Source of the DNA: Macrostomum lignano
Taxonomy: Eukaryota
Direction: 5' to 3'
NCBI GenBank assembly: GCA_002269645.1
Contig: NIVC01000181.1
Location: forward strand, 124,001-188,000
Length of the DNA: 64,000 nucleotides
This document shows, piece by piece, positions 14,399 through 25,100 of the stretch. The number at the start of each line of letters is the position of its first letter. Positions within the stretch are counted from its first letter, which is position 1. The translations under genes and the position numbers were made by a program. The notes under the pieces were generated by a model. That model ran no database searches. It was given only the letters and a program-made list of their open reading frames with translations, and was not told the DNA's origin.

Positions 14399-14439
14399 AT
14401 GGCCCGGCCCGAACTCAGCCCCGTTCCCTCTCTAGGGCC
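14377..14439 (+). other. -1 programmed ribosomal frameshift signal: G_GGA_AAC heptamer plus candidate pseudoknot
   Basis: GGGAAAC at 14377-14383 is in X_XXY_YYZ phase with the Gag C-terminal frame, and -1 leads into the protease frame. 8-nt spacer; stem 1 GGGCTGA(14392-98)/TCAGCCC(14415-21); stem 2 GGCCC (loop)/GGGCC(14435-39). Confidence 0.8.
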
Positions 14440-14901
14440 CAGCTTAACCTGCCACGTCCGCCCAGCAAGAAGTTTAGATTTGAGAAGGTACCCGATTTCT
14501 ATCAGCCAAGACCAGCTAGAGGACAACGCGGGAGAGATATTGTTGTAGAGTTGCCAATTGAGAATGTTCCCACCCGCCTCCTGGTAGATGGGGGCAGTGC
14601 GCTGTCTTTGCTAACAGTCAAAGACTTTACTAAAATTACCGGACAGAGTGTGGAGGCCCTGGAGCCCCCATGTGTGAAGGCCGTGTCCTACACGGGCAAT
14701 GAATTAGAGATGCTAGGCCAGGCCACCCTCACAGCAGTTATTGGGCTAGAAGAGGTGAGAATCCTCTTTCTGGTCGTTGGCAATTCAGCAGCAGTTTCCC
14801 TCCTGGGTAGTGCTTTTCTAGCCAGTACGCATGCTATCATAGACTATCGAACAGAAAAGGTTTACTTGCTAGGTGTGAGTCTCCCATTCGACCCCCGCTG
14901 A
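14386..14901 (+). CDS. Retropepsin-type aspartic protease (expressed as Gag-Pro fusion), ends with a stop and no downstream pol
   Basis: LLVDGGSALSLL active-site motif (D-G-G variant), SYTGNELEMLG flap-like segment, SLLGSAFL C-terminal motif, TGA at 14899-14901. Confidence 0.88.
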   Translation: MGGLNGPARTQPRSLSRAQLNLPRPPSKKFRFEKVPDFYQPRPARGQRGRDIVVELPIENVPTRLLVDGGSALSLLTVKDFTKITGQSVEALEPPCVKAVSYTGNELEMLGQATLTAVIGLEEVRILFLVVGNSAAVSLLGSAFLASTHAIIDYRTEKVYLLGVSLPFDPR

Positions 14902-15485
14902 GTAACAGATCGGTAGCTAGCCAGTGATTGCTTAATTCCCCCCCCCGATTCGCGTGTCGAAATTTTGCTCGTGTTGCCCCGTTGGAGACCGCTTTTCGCG
15001 TATTTACGTATGCCCTCTATTACTCGAATTTATGTTGTGACCTCGTGCTCGTTGGTGTTGTTTAAATATCTAAGATTTTAGCTCGAAAATTAGGCCCGTA
15101 CAGTATGCGTTAATTCCCTATCAGTAAATATTAACTTGGAAACTAGTAAAATTTCTATGGGTCTGCTCCACAGGAGGTCCTGCCCCGCTGTTTAAGATTT
15201 TCTGGGAACAATGGAAGTCTGGGACCGTAGGAAATTAGCACCTTTAGGTCTGATTTCGTGTGTTTGTTCACACTTTGTGAAAGTCCGATTTTGGGAAACT
15301 TTTAATTGGTTTCGATGAGGCAATAGGGGGCATTCAATGTAATTAAGTTTATCAGGCAAATGGGGCAGCAATTAGTTTAGAGTAGGCCAGTGGTTTAGTC
15401 AATGTAAAGTCAGGTAAGTAATTAAAGTCAAGTTATGGGGACAGATAGTTCAGAATTAGTAAGTAAGCATTAAGAACCACCAGCA

Positions 15486-15892
15486 TCAGCAGTTGGGAAG
15501 CCGCAGAAATAGCTCCAAGAGCAGTAGCCAGTGCATTGTGAGACCGGCTATTAGGGCCGTCGACAGCACGACCAAATGCCAGGAGCCGTCGGTCTCCACC
15601 ACAGGGGTTGGCAAGGGCTGTGGAGCGGCAGCCACGGGCGTCACCGCGGCGACCGGCGGCGGAGCGTGCGCTCGGGCTGACAACGGCGGTGGTACCGGAT
15701 GCCAACCGGCCCCGGACGCTGGTTCGCTGGCGGCCCGGCGGTCGCATGGCCCGGGAGCCGCGGCGCCTATGTCACCAGATGGCGCAGCCGGCCCAGAATC
15801 AGAGGGGGCGTCCGGCTCTGAATGGCTGTCTTCGGGCGCTTCGTAGTCGGACTCCTCTTCAAGGATGGGCTCGGCTACTAGCGGCCGGAATC
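15486..15892 (-). CDS. Candidate antisense terminal exon inside the LTR element: acidic, Pro/Ala-rich, C-terminal transmembrane-like segment; start codon not located
   Basis: Strong acceptor TTCTATTTCATCCCTTAAATTCTCATTTTCAG|G (AG 15894-15893). 135 open codons: FRPLVAEPILEEESDYEAPED...PVAAAPQPLPTPVVETDGSWHLVVLSTALIAGLTMHWLLLLELFLRLPNC*. Confidence 0.45.
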
Positions 15893-15983
15893 CTGAAAAT
15901 GAGAATTTAAGGGATGAAATAGAAGTAGGGAACTAGCCGGGTATTAGGATGTAGATAGATGGGGATTTTAACTTTATGGCGTG

Positions 15984-16350
15984 TGGTAGTGGCCTTCCTG
16001 GGGGTTTCTTCCTTTCTTCATTCCCTCTCCTTCCCTTGAGCTCTAGGTGATCAAGTAGTGGTAGCCTTCTTCCCCGCCTTCTTTTAATGATACACCTCTA
16101 AGTGATGGCAGTTTTTCGTCTTCCTCTCCTCTGGTAGAAGGGCAAATGGTGGCAGTTTCCCCGGGCAATCCACTCTAATGGTGACGGGTTCCCTCTTTCT
16201 CTTCCCTGTAATGTACAATGGTGGCAGTTTTCCCTAGCAACCTCTCTCAAAATGGTGGCGGATCCTCCTTTTCTTTTCTTTAGTAATGCGCCAAGGTGGT
16301 GGTAGGTTCCCCTTTCTCTTTTATAATAGTACATCAAACTGGTGGCAGTC
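15984..16350 (+). repeat. Degenerate ~32-47-bp tandem array whose core resembles the PBS (TGGTGGCAG)
   Basis: Cores at 16056, 16103, 16147, 16179, 16219, 16253, 16297, 16340 (exact at 16147, 16219, 16340), separated by pyrimidine tracts. Confidence 0.7.
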
Positions 16351-16702
16351 AAATTAATGATTAATTCCTCTTTCAAACTCTTTCGGCTGTTAAGTTTTTG
16401 AGGGTTTCGGAGATGTGAATGAGGCCTGTGTGTGTGTTTCTGTGTGTGCCACTATTTTTAATTTCACTATTTTTCAATAAAAACTTGTTTTTCTAATATG
16501 CCACCTTTTACTAATAATATACGAGTCTTTGTTGTGCGTCAATCAAATTCATAAAAATAAGTCTGTGTTGGCCTCTCACTCTTAGTACCGTAAGAAAAGA
16601 CATATTGTACTACTACAGTTGGCTCAGTTTAATATGAAAGGCATGGCAAGTGGGTGGATTTCGTTTAACGTATAGGCGAAAGGAAATCAGGTTGGTGATG
16701 GG

Positions 16703-16815
16703 ACTTACCGAGTAGTTGTATAGTTTGGAAAATCGCGCTGAGTGCCTTGGTTGGAAACTGCGACTCCGTGTAGGTTGCAGGCAGCCGGCTCCCGTTATCA
16801 GTGGCGCCTTTTATA
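16703..16815 (-). promoter_or_regulatory. Internal antisense Pol II promoter with short first exon and splice donor
   Basis: Minus-strand TATAAAAGG at 16815-16807 after a GC-rich upstream region, and consensus donor CG|GTAAGT (GT at 16708-16707) about 100 nt downstream. Confidence 0.55.
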
Positions 16816-17402
16816 CAGTGGCCAGCGCACGGCGCGGCGCCTCCCAGCCTACAACCGATCGCCCCGAAGCCCTCTGACTGGCTGAAGCGGGGTCCGAGCC
16901 TTCAAGGACGCTAGGCCTCCGTGCGGTTGAACTCCCGGCGAAATTAGCTTATTAATTTACTGCGCTGCATTAGTATTTTTCCCCTGTGTAATTGTCATTC
17001 TCCCGAGGCTCTGCCCTTGGCTGTGTGCTAGCAACCCTTCCCCCCTTCTTTTTCCCCACTTCCCTCACCCTTCCCCGTTTCCTCTCTTTCCCAGCTGCGC
17101 TTCTATCCAATTATGATAATTTATTGTTGACAATTCGCTATTTTTCTCCCTACTATTGCGCTGTCTGTGTTTCCCCCCTCCCACTTTAGCCACAGCAACA
17201 GTTGAAATTTTTGAAATTCTGTATTGCACTTCAACCTATGTATCTCGTTTTGTGAATTTATTGCTATCCCCTCTATTTTATCGCCTTTTTCCATTCCCGC
17301 TCGCGGTTTGTTAATTCTGTGATTTCACGTTCGGTTGAGATCCCGCTCCCGTCTGTGTGGTTCCATGTTGGGCAGTGATGATGACGGAACCAGTTCCGTC
17401 AC

Positions 17403-17419
17403 AAAAGGCAGTGGGGGTG
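17403..17419 (+). other. Polypurine-tract-like sequence
   Basis: AAAAGGCAGTGGGGGTG abutting the 3' LTR. Confidence 0.6.
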
Positions 17420-19623
17420 TGATGTAACCACGCTCTGGTCGCGGGATAGGGCATGGGAACTTTTTCGAAAGTGCCTCCTATCCCGTGCACCCTCTGCACA
17501 GAGCTGTCGAGACTCGGCCAGGTCTCCGACCGGGCCTGGAGACTCCCGCTCTGCTGCACCCCTCCTGCTGCCTTGGTCCCGTCTCTCCTGCCGCCACACC
17601 TGCCTTTCCGGAGCCCCTACCCCTTTCTGTACCTCCCCCTCTACCCTATCTCTTCTGTTTCCGCCCTATTCTTCCTGTACTTTCCCTTTCCCCCCTCTTT
17701 TTATCTCTCTCTGCACTTTTTTTCCTGCGCTGTCCCCTCCTTCTCTGTGTCTACTTACAGTATTTTGTGTGCTCACCGTCTCCCCATCCCCTCCCAAACT
17801 CCCAAACGGTGACGCAAGTCGTGTGACCCCTTCTTCCCCCCGATGACTCATCGATGACTCATCCCCCTCTCTTGCGCAACCTTTTCTCATGCTATTGTTC
17901 TCCTCCCAAATTTCTCATGCGACACCCACCCCACCTCCGCTTCTATTGTTCTCGTTTTTGATTCTTTTGTTCTCTCGACCCCCACCAATTATCACATTTT
18001 CTCCGATTTTCTCTTTCTTTTGTTCTCGTTTTCGCACCTAATTATCACCTTTTCTCCAATGTTTACTTTTCCATTGTTCTCAGTTTTCCCCAATTATCCC
18101 CGATTTCCAATTCCTTTGTTCTCGACCCCAGCCCTATTGTTCTCAATGTTTGCTTGCGCAACACTTTCGCGACCTCCCGCTGCGCCAATTATCCCCCACC
18201 CCACCTCCGGATTGCGCAATTTCCCTATTTCTCATGTTGCTATGCCGGTCTCATGCTTCTCATCATGACTCATTCTGACGTCATTCTGCCGGCAGCCAAT
18301 CAGAGAGAGGGAGCCATGGTAACGACCTTGAGGAGGCGGCTGTGAGGTCTATAAAAGGAAGCGATTTCGGCATGAGAATCCTCAACTTTTTCCTCTCCTC
18401 GTCCTTCTTTGGACTTGCCGTCAGATTGAGTTCTGACCCATTCGTCTATAAGACGAGTCCCTGCCGGTCCGCGGTCTGTTACCGCCAAGTTATCCTTAGC
18501 TCCCCAAGTGAGCTCGCCTATCGGCCAGCGGTCTGACACCGCCCAGCATCATCAGCATCGCCTGATCCACATCAGCGCCTCGTCGCTCCAGCGCATCGCC
18601 GCTTCACCGTCTGCCTGATTGCAGCCTACAGCCGCCACCGGTCACTCCGCCTCTCTCTCTCTCTGTGCAGCTGCCGGTAAGTTCCTGTTACTAATTTGTG
18701 CTCTAATTGCCTTTGCTTATCCGGGGTTTGCCTATTTTCCATTGTCTGATTAGAGAGCTGAGCCAATTGTGATACCGTATCTTTTGCTGTATTTTACTCA
18801 ATAGTGAAGCCGCCTAATTGCCTGATTATTCGCCTAAGGGCCTAATTATTAACTATTAACTAACTTCATCATTATTCAATCTTTCACCATCATTTCACTC
18901 ATGGCTTGCTAAGCCTTTCTCCCGGGGTGGCAAAGCATAAGGAAGTTTGGGTAAGCTAATGGCCTCTCCCTGTGCAAAGCCCGCCTGTGAGTGCGTGCTG
19001 CGGGGCCGCGTGTGCGTGCAGTAGAGGGATTAGCGAGACTTGGCACAGCATGGCAGTAGGAAGGTTGCAACCCCATGCTAACGCGTCCCTTCGCCCTGAG
19101 CAATCTAAACTGTAGACAGTACATGTTCGCCTCATACTACTCTTAGTAATCAAAGTCGCAAGTCAGCCTCGCTCACAGCCACAAAGGATCCCCTGCTGAG
19201 AAATCCTCCAGGATTGAGCCCAGAGTTCCCGATCATGCCCCAAGCAGAGTCCCTGTACTCGGCTGCATGCGTCTCCCCTGTTAGCCTAAATCCCCTGGTA
19301 ACCAATCCAGGCGGGGCTCTAGCCTCGAGAGGTCTGGTAGAAAGATCCAGGTGCGCCAGGTCACATAGAGTGGTGGCAGCCACTCGGTCATACTATGACC
19401 GAGTGACCAACTATTGCACCTTGGCTACAGGTGGGGTCCATGTGGGTCCTTGGCCCTCTGGTCACGAAGCGCTACCAAAGCTACTAATCATGTGGGCGGG
19501 ACAGTCTGGTGCTGGAGGTCCGTCAGGTCATTGCCCGGTCATAGGCAGCCTACGGTCATTGCCCCCTCTAGTCATGCGTTCGTCTCTCTACGGAGCGGAC
19601 AGGCGACAAGGGCGGTTACATCA
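17420..19623 (+). repeat. 3' LTR (2204 bp)
   Basis: Direct repeat of 8373-10581, followed by the TGAG TSD. Confidence 0.95.
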
Positions 19624-19905
19624 TGAGTATCAAACAAGGTGTTGCTAGTGCCATGGTGCATTGCTTTGATATCTTCCCATGACCTCTCAATGGTGTTTTT
19701 ATAGATAGTTGGGTTGTGGGATCTACAAAATAGAGTCAATAATTGATAGCCACATTATTCTGCAAGCTGTTGTAGGCCTCCCATATATCAGTCAATATTC
19801 TTGTACTAGGAATCACTAGATAGGTTGAAAATTAAAAAGTTTATAAGAACATGAAAATAATTTAATATAGTAAACTAGAAGATTGTTGACAAGTCAATAT
19901 ATTTA

Positions 19906-20547
19906 CTAGGTGTTGTAAAAAAACTTGACAAAATAGGGTTATTCACTAAAAATTGCTATAGTTCAGCGCATATGTAAAAAAAATAATTTTTTTATTCTGT
20001 TATATTAAATTAAAATATATGCAAAGTGCTAGCTTAGTCAATGTAGTTGCCATTGGCAGCCACAACTTTCTCTAGTCGTGGCTGGAAACTTGAGCTGACC
20101 TTGGCAATAAAGTCAGCAGGCAAATTTGTCCACTTCTCTGTTATACTTGCTTTGAGGGAGTTGACATTGGGGTGGCAAATAGTGCAAGCCTTGGACTCTA
20201 TATGCACCCAGATGGCAAAGTCCAATGGGTTTAAATCCAATGACTATGGTGGCTAGAAGGATTGTCCCAGAATGACATGTTCTCAGCCAACCAATTCATG
20301 CCAATTGAATAAGCAATGTCTATCATTGATATGCCTGCATTGAGCAGAGCTGACATTGTGCCTTCTGGCTTCTATTTTTTTGTGGGCTATGGTCAAATGT
20401 GTAAATTTTTAGCACTTGCACTATTTGCCACTGATTCTCAAGTTTATGCATGTTAAGATGACACAAGAATTTATGCTAAAAAGGTCATGCAATATTTTTA
20501 AAATGAAAGTCTAAAGACAAAGTGTCAAGTTTTTTTGCAACACCCAA
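19906..20547 (-). mobile_element. Internally deleted, decayed Tc1/mariner element
   Basis: 25-bp TIRs CTAGGTGTTGTAAAAAAACTTGACA / TGTCAAGTTTTTTTGCAACACCCAA with TA on both sides. Transposase C-terminal remnant DLNPLDFAIWVHIESKAC...FQPRLEKVVAANGNYID at 20240-20034. Confidence 0.85.
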
Positions 20548-22104
20548 TATATTTAATATAGCTTTTGCAGCCATTTGGGATTATATATATTTAATTTAAA
20601 AATCTAATATACATTATACATTTGCTATAATCTGTAATGAGCTCTTGTCTATAGTAGCAAGGCTAGTAGCAGTAGCATTTTATTTGGTCCATGATATAGC
20701 TTTATTAATAGGTACTATGATTATGAAGGAGCAAGATTAGCCCTAGAATTGTAGACTATAGGCTATTAAACAAATACTATTATTGGCTTATGATTAAAGC
20801 ATTGGATAGAAGTAAATACCCAAAGGACATTTCAAGGCAGCTGAATCTATAAAGTCATTAATCAGTCAGTAAATTAATGTTATTGTTAAAATCACTAAAT
20901 AAGTAATAGGTTAACAAAGAATAACAAATAAGTAGCATAGTTATTTGTATAATAGCAAGTTGTCATAATGTAACAAATATATGATTGGCATACATGTAAA
21001 GGGCAAAAAATCAAGCTTAGGGGTGCAAAACATGTATGTGTAAAAGGGCAAAAAAGCAAGTTTAAAGGACACAAACTTTGGCTTTTAGGGGGTGCAAATA
21101 TGCCTTATCAAGCTATTGGGGAAATAGGGAGATAGCCATTTTCCCTCCCTCCCTAAATCTGTCCCTAATGCCAATTACCAAAGCAAAGCATAGTGATAAA
21201 GGCCTTCATTGTTTTCACAATAGTTGTATAGTCCATTGAAGCTATTATATAATATTGCTACTAAAGGCTTAAGTTTCAGCTTTTATTATATTTATAAAAT
21301 ACACTGTCTTTGTTATAGATAATTTTTTTGACAATCTGCTTCATAGGATATAAATATTCATATATATATGGTATATGAAGGCACAGTCTAAAGAGGGCAC
21401 TTCTAGATAGCAGATTCCTTAGTTCTATAGGTCAGTAGTGTTGCCATGCTGCAATGAATTGATCAGGCCCTAGGGATTAGTATCTATTTTATGATTTTAA
21501 TTAGTGTAATAAATATAGCATAATTTTTTTTATTTTGAAGCTGTCATCTAGCCAATCAATTTAAAGAATTTACATTCTAGTCTAGGAGAATCAGAATCTG
21601 AAATTTAACTTTTTTGTTCAGCCAGATTTAGGCAATCAGTTTTAAAAAATTGTTTTTAAAGCACACAATATATAGTGGGACAGTTGTATCCATTCCTGAC
21701 TCCTGAACACACGCAACCATAGTGTACTGCAGCTCTGACTTTCCTATCATTAGGCATGTACACTCTGTTTTAAGGGCCAGATTTCATGACTGTGAATTGC
21801 ACAACAACCTCAAAAGCTAATTTTGTGCACAAGCTACAAACAAATGTGACCTTGCATGTAAACAAACCAGGATGCATAGTTTTGAGATTGTGAGCTTATG
21901 AGATGGCGAGTTCCAACACTGACACATTATCCCAGGCTCTTATTAGCATATTAAGAAAGCAATTCAAATTTGCAATTCCTGCAGCATTGCGCAGCCAAGG
22001 CTTGCCGCAATCTTGCACTGGCAGGTTCTTGGGCCAGTTGCCGACCAAAAAAAAAATCTAATTATTAAAATTCAATAATAAAGCCCTAATCTCTCTTTCC
22101 CATC

Positions 22105-25100
22105 ATGACTCAAGCTGAGCAATCATCCGCCAATGCTGCCACCATCGAGGAGCTGTTGAATGCAGACGGCAACGGCCTGGCCTTCATGGATGAAGCCTCC
22201 AAGCCCGACATAATTGTAACTGGCCCGGATCCTGTTGATAACGAAGAGTCTGAGGATGAAGATCAGTTGGTGTCCGTTTCAAGACAGCCGTCCATTGTTG
22301 ACTGCAATGGCGGCAGCGGCAGCGGCAACGAGCTGGAGCCGGAAGATCCGCGCACTCCGCCAGACGGTCAGGAGGACAGCAGCTCGGACTCCGAGTCCCT
22401 AGCCGAGAGTATTTATCATCAGCCGCCAAAAGCGGCAGACAGAGAAGCGGCCAGGCGTCTGGCTAAGCGTCTGTTTCTGCTAGAGGGCTTCCGGCACACT
22501 GACGTAGCGAAGCACCTGTCCCGTAAAAACGATTTCAACACTCTGGTTGGCGAAGAGTACGCCGCTCTGTTCGACTTTAGCGACGACACTTTGGACACAG
22601 CGTTGAGGAAATTTCTTAGCAGATTTTGTCTGCAAGGCGAAACGGCCGATCAGGAGCGGGTATTGCTGCACTTTGCCAAGTCCTACCTGCGCTGCAATCC
22701 CGATAGCTATCCCACTGCCGACTCTTGTCACACCCTAGCCTGCGCCCTGCTGCTGCTGAACAAAGACCTACACGGAGCTATTGGCCAGAGAATGACTAGC
22801 CAGCAGTTTATTGACAATTTGGCTAATTTAAACGAAGGCCAGAATTATCCCAGGGAGGTGCTGAAGTCGCTCTATCAGGCTATTAAGTCTCAGCCTATCC
22901 TCCAGCCAGCCGGTTTGGGACCCATCGATTCCGCTGAGGCAGCGGCCGGATCGGCGGCTGCTGCAGCTGCTGCGACTGTCAAGTCGACCACCTGTGCGCC
23001 GCCAGGCCAACCCGGTGTCAGCGACGGCCAATCAGGCTCGGCAGGCGCTGCTGGCGACACGGCCGGGCTCAGCAATCCGGGCTTGGCGACCGGCGATGGC
23101 AACGGCGGCGGCGGCGGCAGCAACGGTCCCGGCATCGAATTTCGAAAGGGCTTCTTGGTTAGGAAGCACGTGAGTTGGATTTCTGTATTGTTGCCAAGTT
23201 ATAGGTGTAAGCGCTGAGTCAGGCGGGAACAGCTAGAGTCCTTACCTATGAAAGAAGCAAACAAAAATTAACGTAACTTTAGGTAAACGCCATGAGTAGC
23301 TATAACTGTATTTTTAAGGCGGAATGCCTTGTCATCTATTTAGTACTAAGTTTATTTACATTATTTTGAGATTTAATGTTGTCAGCGCTCATTTTAGCGC
23401 CGCACGCACTCATTTTAGCGCCGCAGGCACTTATTTCAGCGCCACAGGCACTTATTTTTGGCGCTGCAGACACTCATTTTGACACTACAGGCAACTCATT
23501 TTAGCGCCACAGGCACTTATTTTTGGCGCCGCAGGCACTCATTTTTGCGCCACAGGCACTCATTTTGGCACCGCAGGCACTTATTTTGGCACCGCAGGCA
23601 CTCATTTTTGCGCCACAGGCACTCATTTTGGCACCGCAAGGCACTTATTTTGGCACTGTAGGCACTCATTTTAGCGCCACAGGCACTCATTTTAGCGCAA
23701 CAGGCACTCATTTTAGCGTCACAGGCACTCATTTTAGCGCCGCAGAGACTCATTTGAGCGCCACAGGCACTCATTTTAGCGCAACAGACACTCATTTTAG
23801 CGCCACAGACACTCATTTTAGCGCCACAGGCACTCATTTGAGCGCCGCAGGCACTCATTTTAGCGCCGCAGGCACTCATTTTAGCGCCGCAGGCACTCAT
23901 TTTAGCGCCGCAGGCACTCCTTTTAGCGCCGCAGGCACTCATTTTAGCGCCACAGACACTCATTTTAGCGCCACAGGCACTCATTTTAGCGCCACAGGCA
24001 CTCATTTTAGCGCCAGAGGCACTCATTTTAGCGCCACAGACACTCATTTTAGCGCCACAGACACTCATTTTAGCGCCACAGGCACTCATTTTAGCGCCGC
24101 AGGCACTCATTTTAGCGCCGCAGGCACTCATTTTAGCGCCGCAGGCACTCATTTTAGCGCCACAGGCACTCATTTTAGCGCAACAGACACCCATTTTAGC
24201 GCCCTAAAGCAAAATTATTGATTTCCACAACGGGTCACCACAAAGTGGGGAGAGAATAAAGCATTTACATGTCCCCCTATAGCCTTTACTGGGGAGAGGT
24301 GATTGATAGATGAATTCCTGCATCTCCACTCAAACAGATCCTCGACTCTGGCGGGCGTCGGACGCGCAAAGGCCGTCGGTCCTGGCGCCGCGTGTACTGC
24401 GTGCTCAAAGACCTCAGCCTGGCCATGCACAAGGACGACTCAGTTGCTGCCGTTGCCGCCGCTTCGCCAGACGCCGAGCTGCGCGTCCATCATTCCTTGG
24501 CCGGCCCGGCGCCCGAGTATACTAAACGGCGCCACGTCTGGCGCCTAAGATTAGCCAGCGGCGCCGAATTGTTACTTCAAGCCGCGTCGCAGGCGGACGC
24601 CGACGCCTGGGTTGAAGCCGTCAATCGGGCAGCCGCTTGGCTGTCCGCACAGGCGCTGCCGGCTCCGGTTGGCAGCCAGCCAGCCTGCGCCTTCGCCCGC
24701 CCGTTGCTGCCTTCTGGCCCGTCCAATTTGCCTATTGCTGAACAGCTGGTCCGGTTTAGGGAACAGGTGAGCGATGGAGTCACTCTGATGCCAGTATGAG
24801 ATCTATGAGGTCAGCGTGAGATTCATGAGGTCGGTATGAGATCTTCGAGGTCGGTATGAGATCTTCGAGGTCGGTATGAGATTCATGAGGTCAGCGTGAG
24901 GTTCATGAAGTCGGTATGAGATTCATGAGGTCAGCGTGAGATTCATGAAGTCGGTATGAGATTCATGAGGTCAGCGTGAGATTCATGAAGTCGGTATAAG
25001 ATTCATGAGGTCAGCGTGAGATTCATGAAGTCGGTATGAGATTCATGAGGTCAGCGTGAGATTCATGAAGTCGGTATGAGATTCATGAGGTCAGCGTGAG

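Larger units (their letters stand above)
8373..19623 (+). mobile_element. Full-length, non-autonomous Ty3/Gypsy-like LTR retroelement (gag + protease only), 11,251 bp
   Basis: Two near-identical LTRs with TGATGTAACC...GGTTACATCA inverted termini. 4-bp TSD TGAG (8369-8372, 19624-19627). PBS, PPT, gag and retropepsin ORFs present; no RT/RNaseH/integrase motifs seen in any frame of the ORF track. Confidence 0.93.

Noticed and set aside
23517-24221. 225-232-aa ORFs on both strands
   Set aside because: Translations of the 21-bp minisatellite in PSD intron 1.
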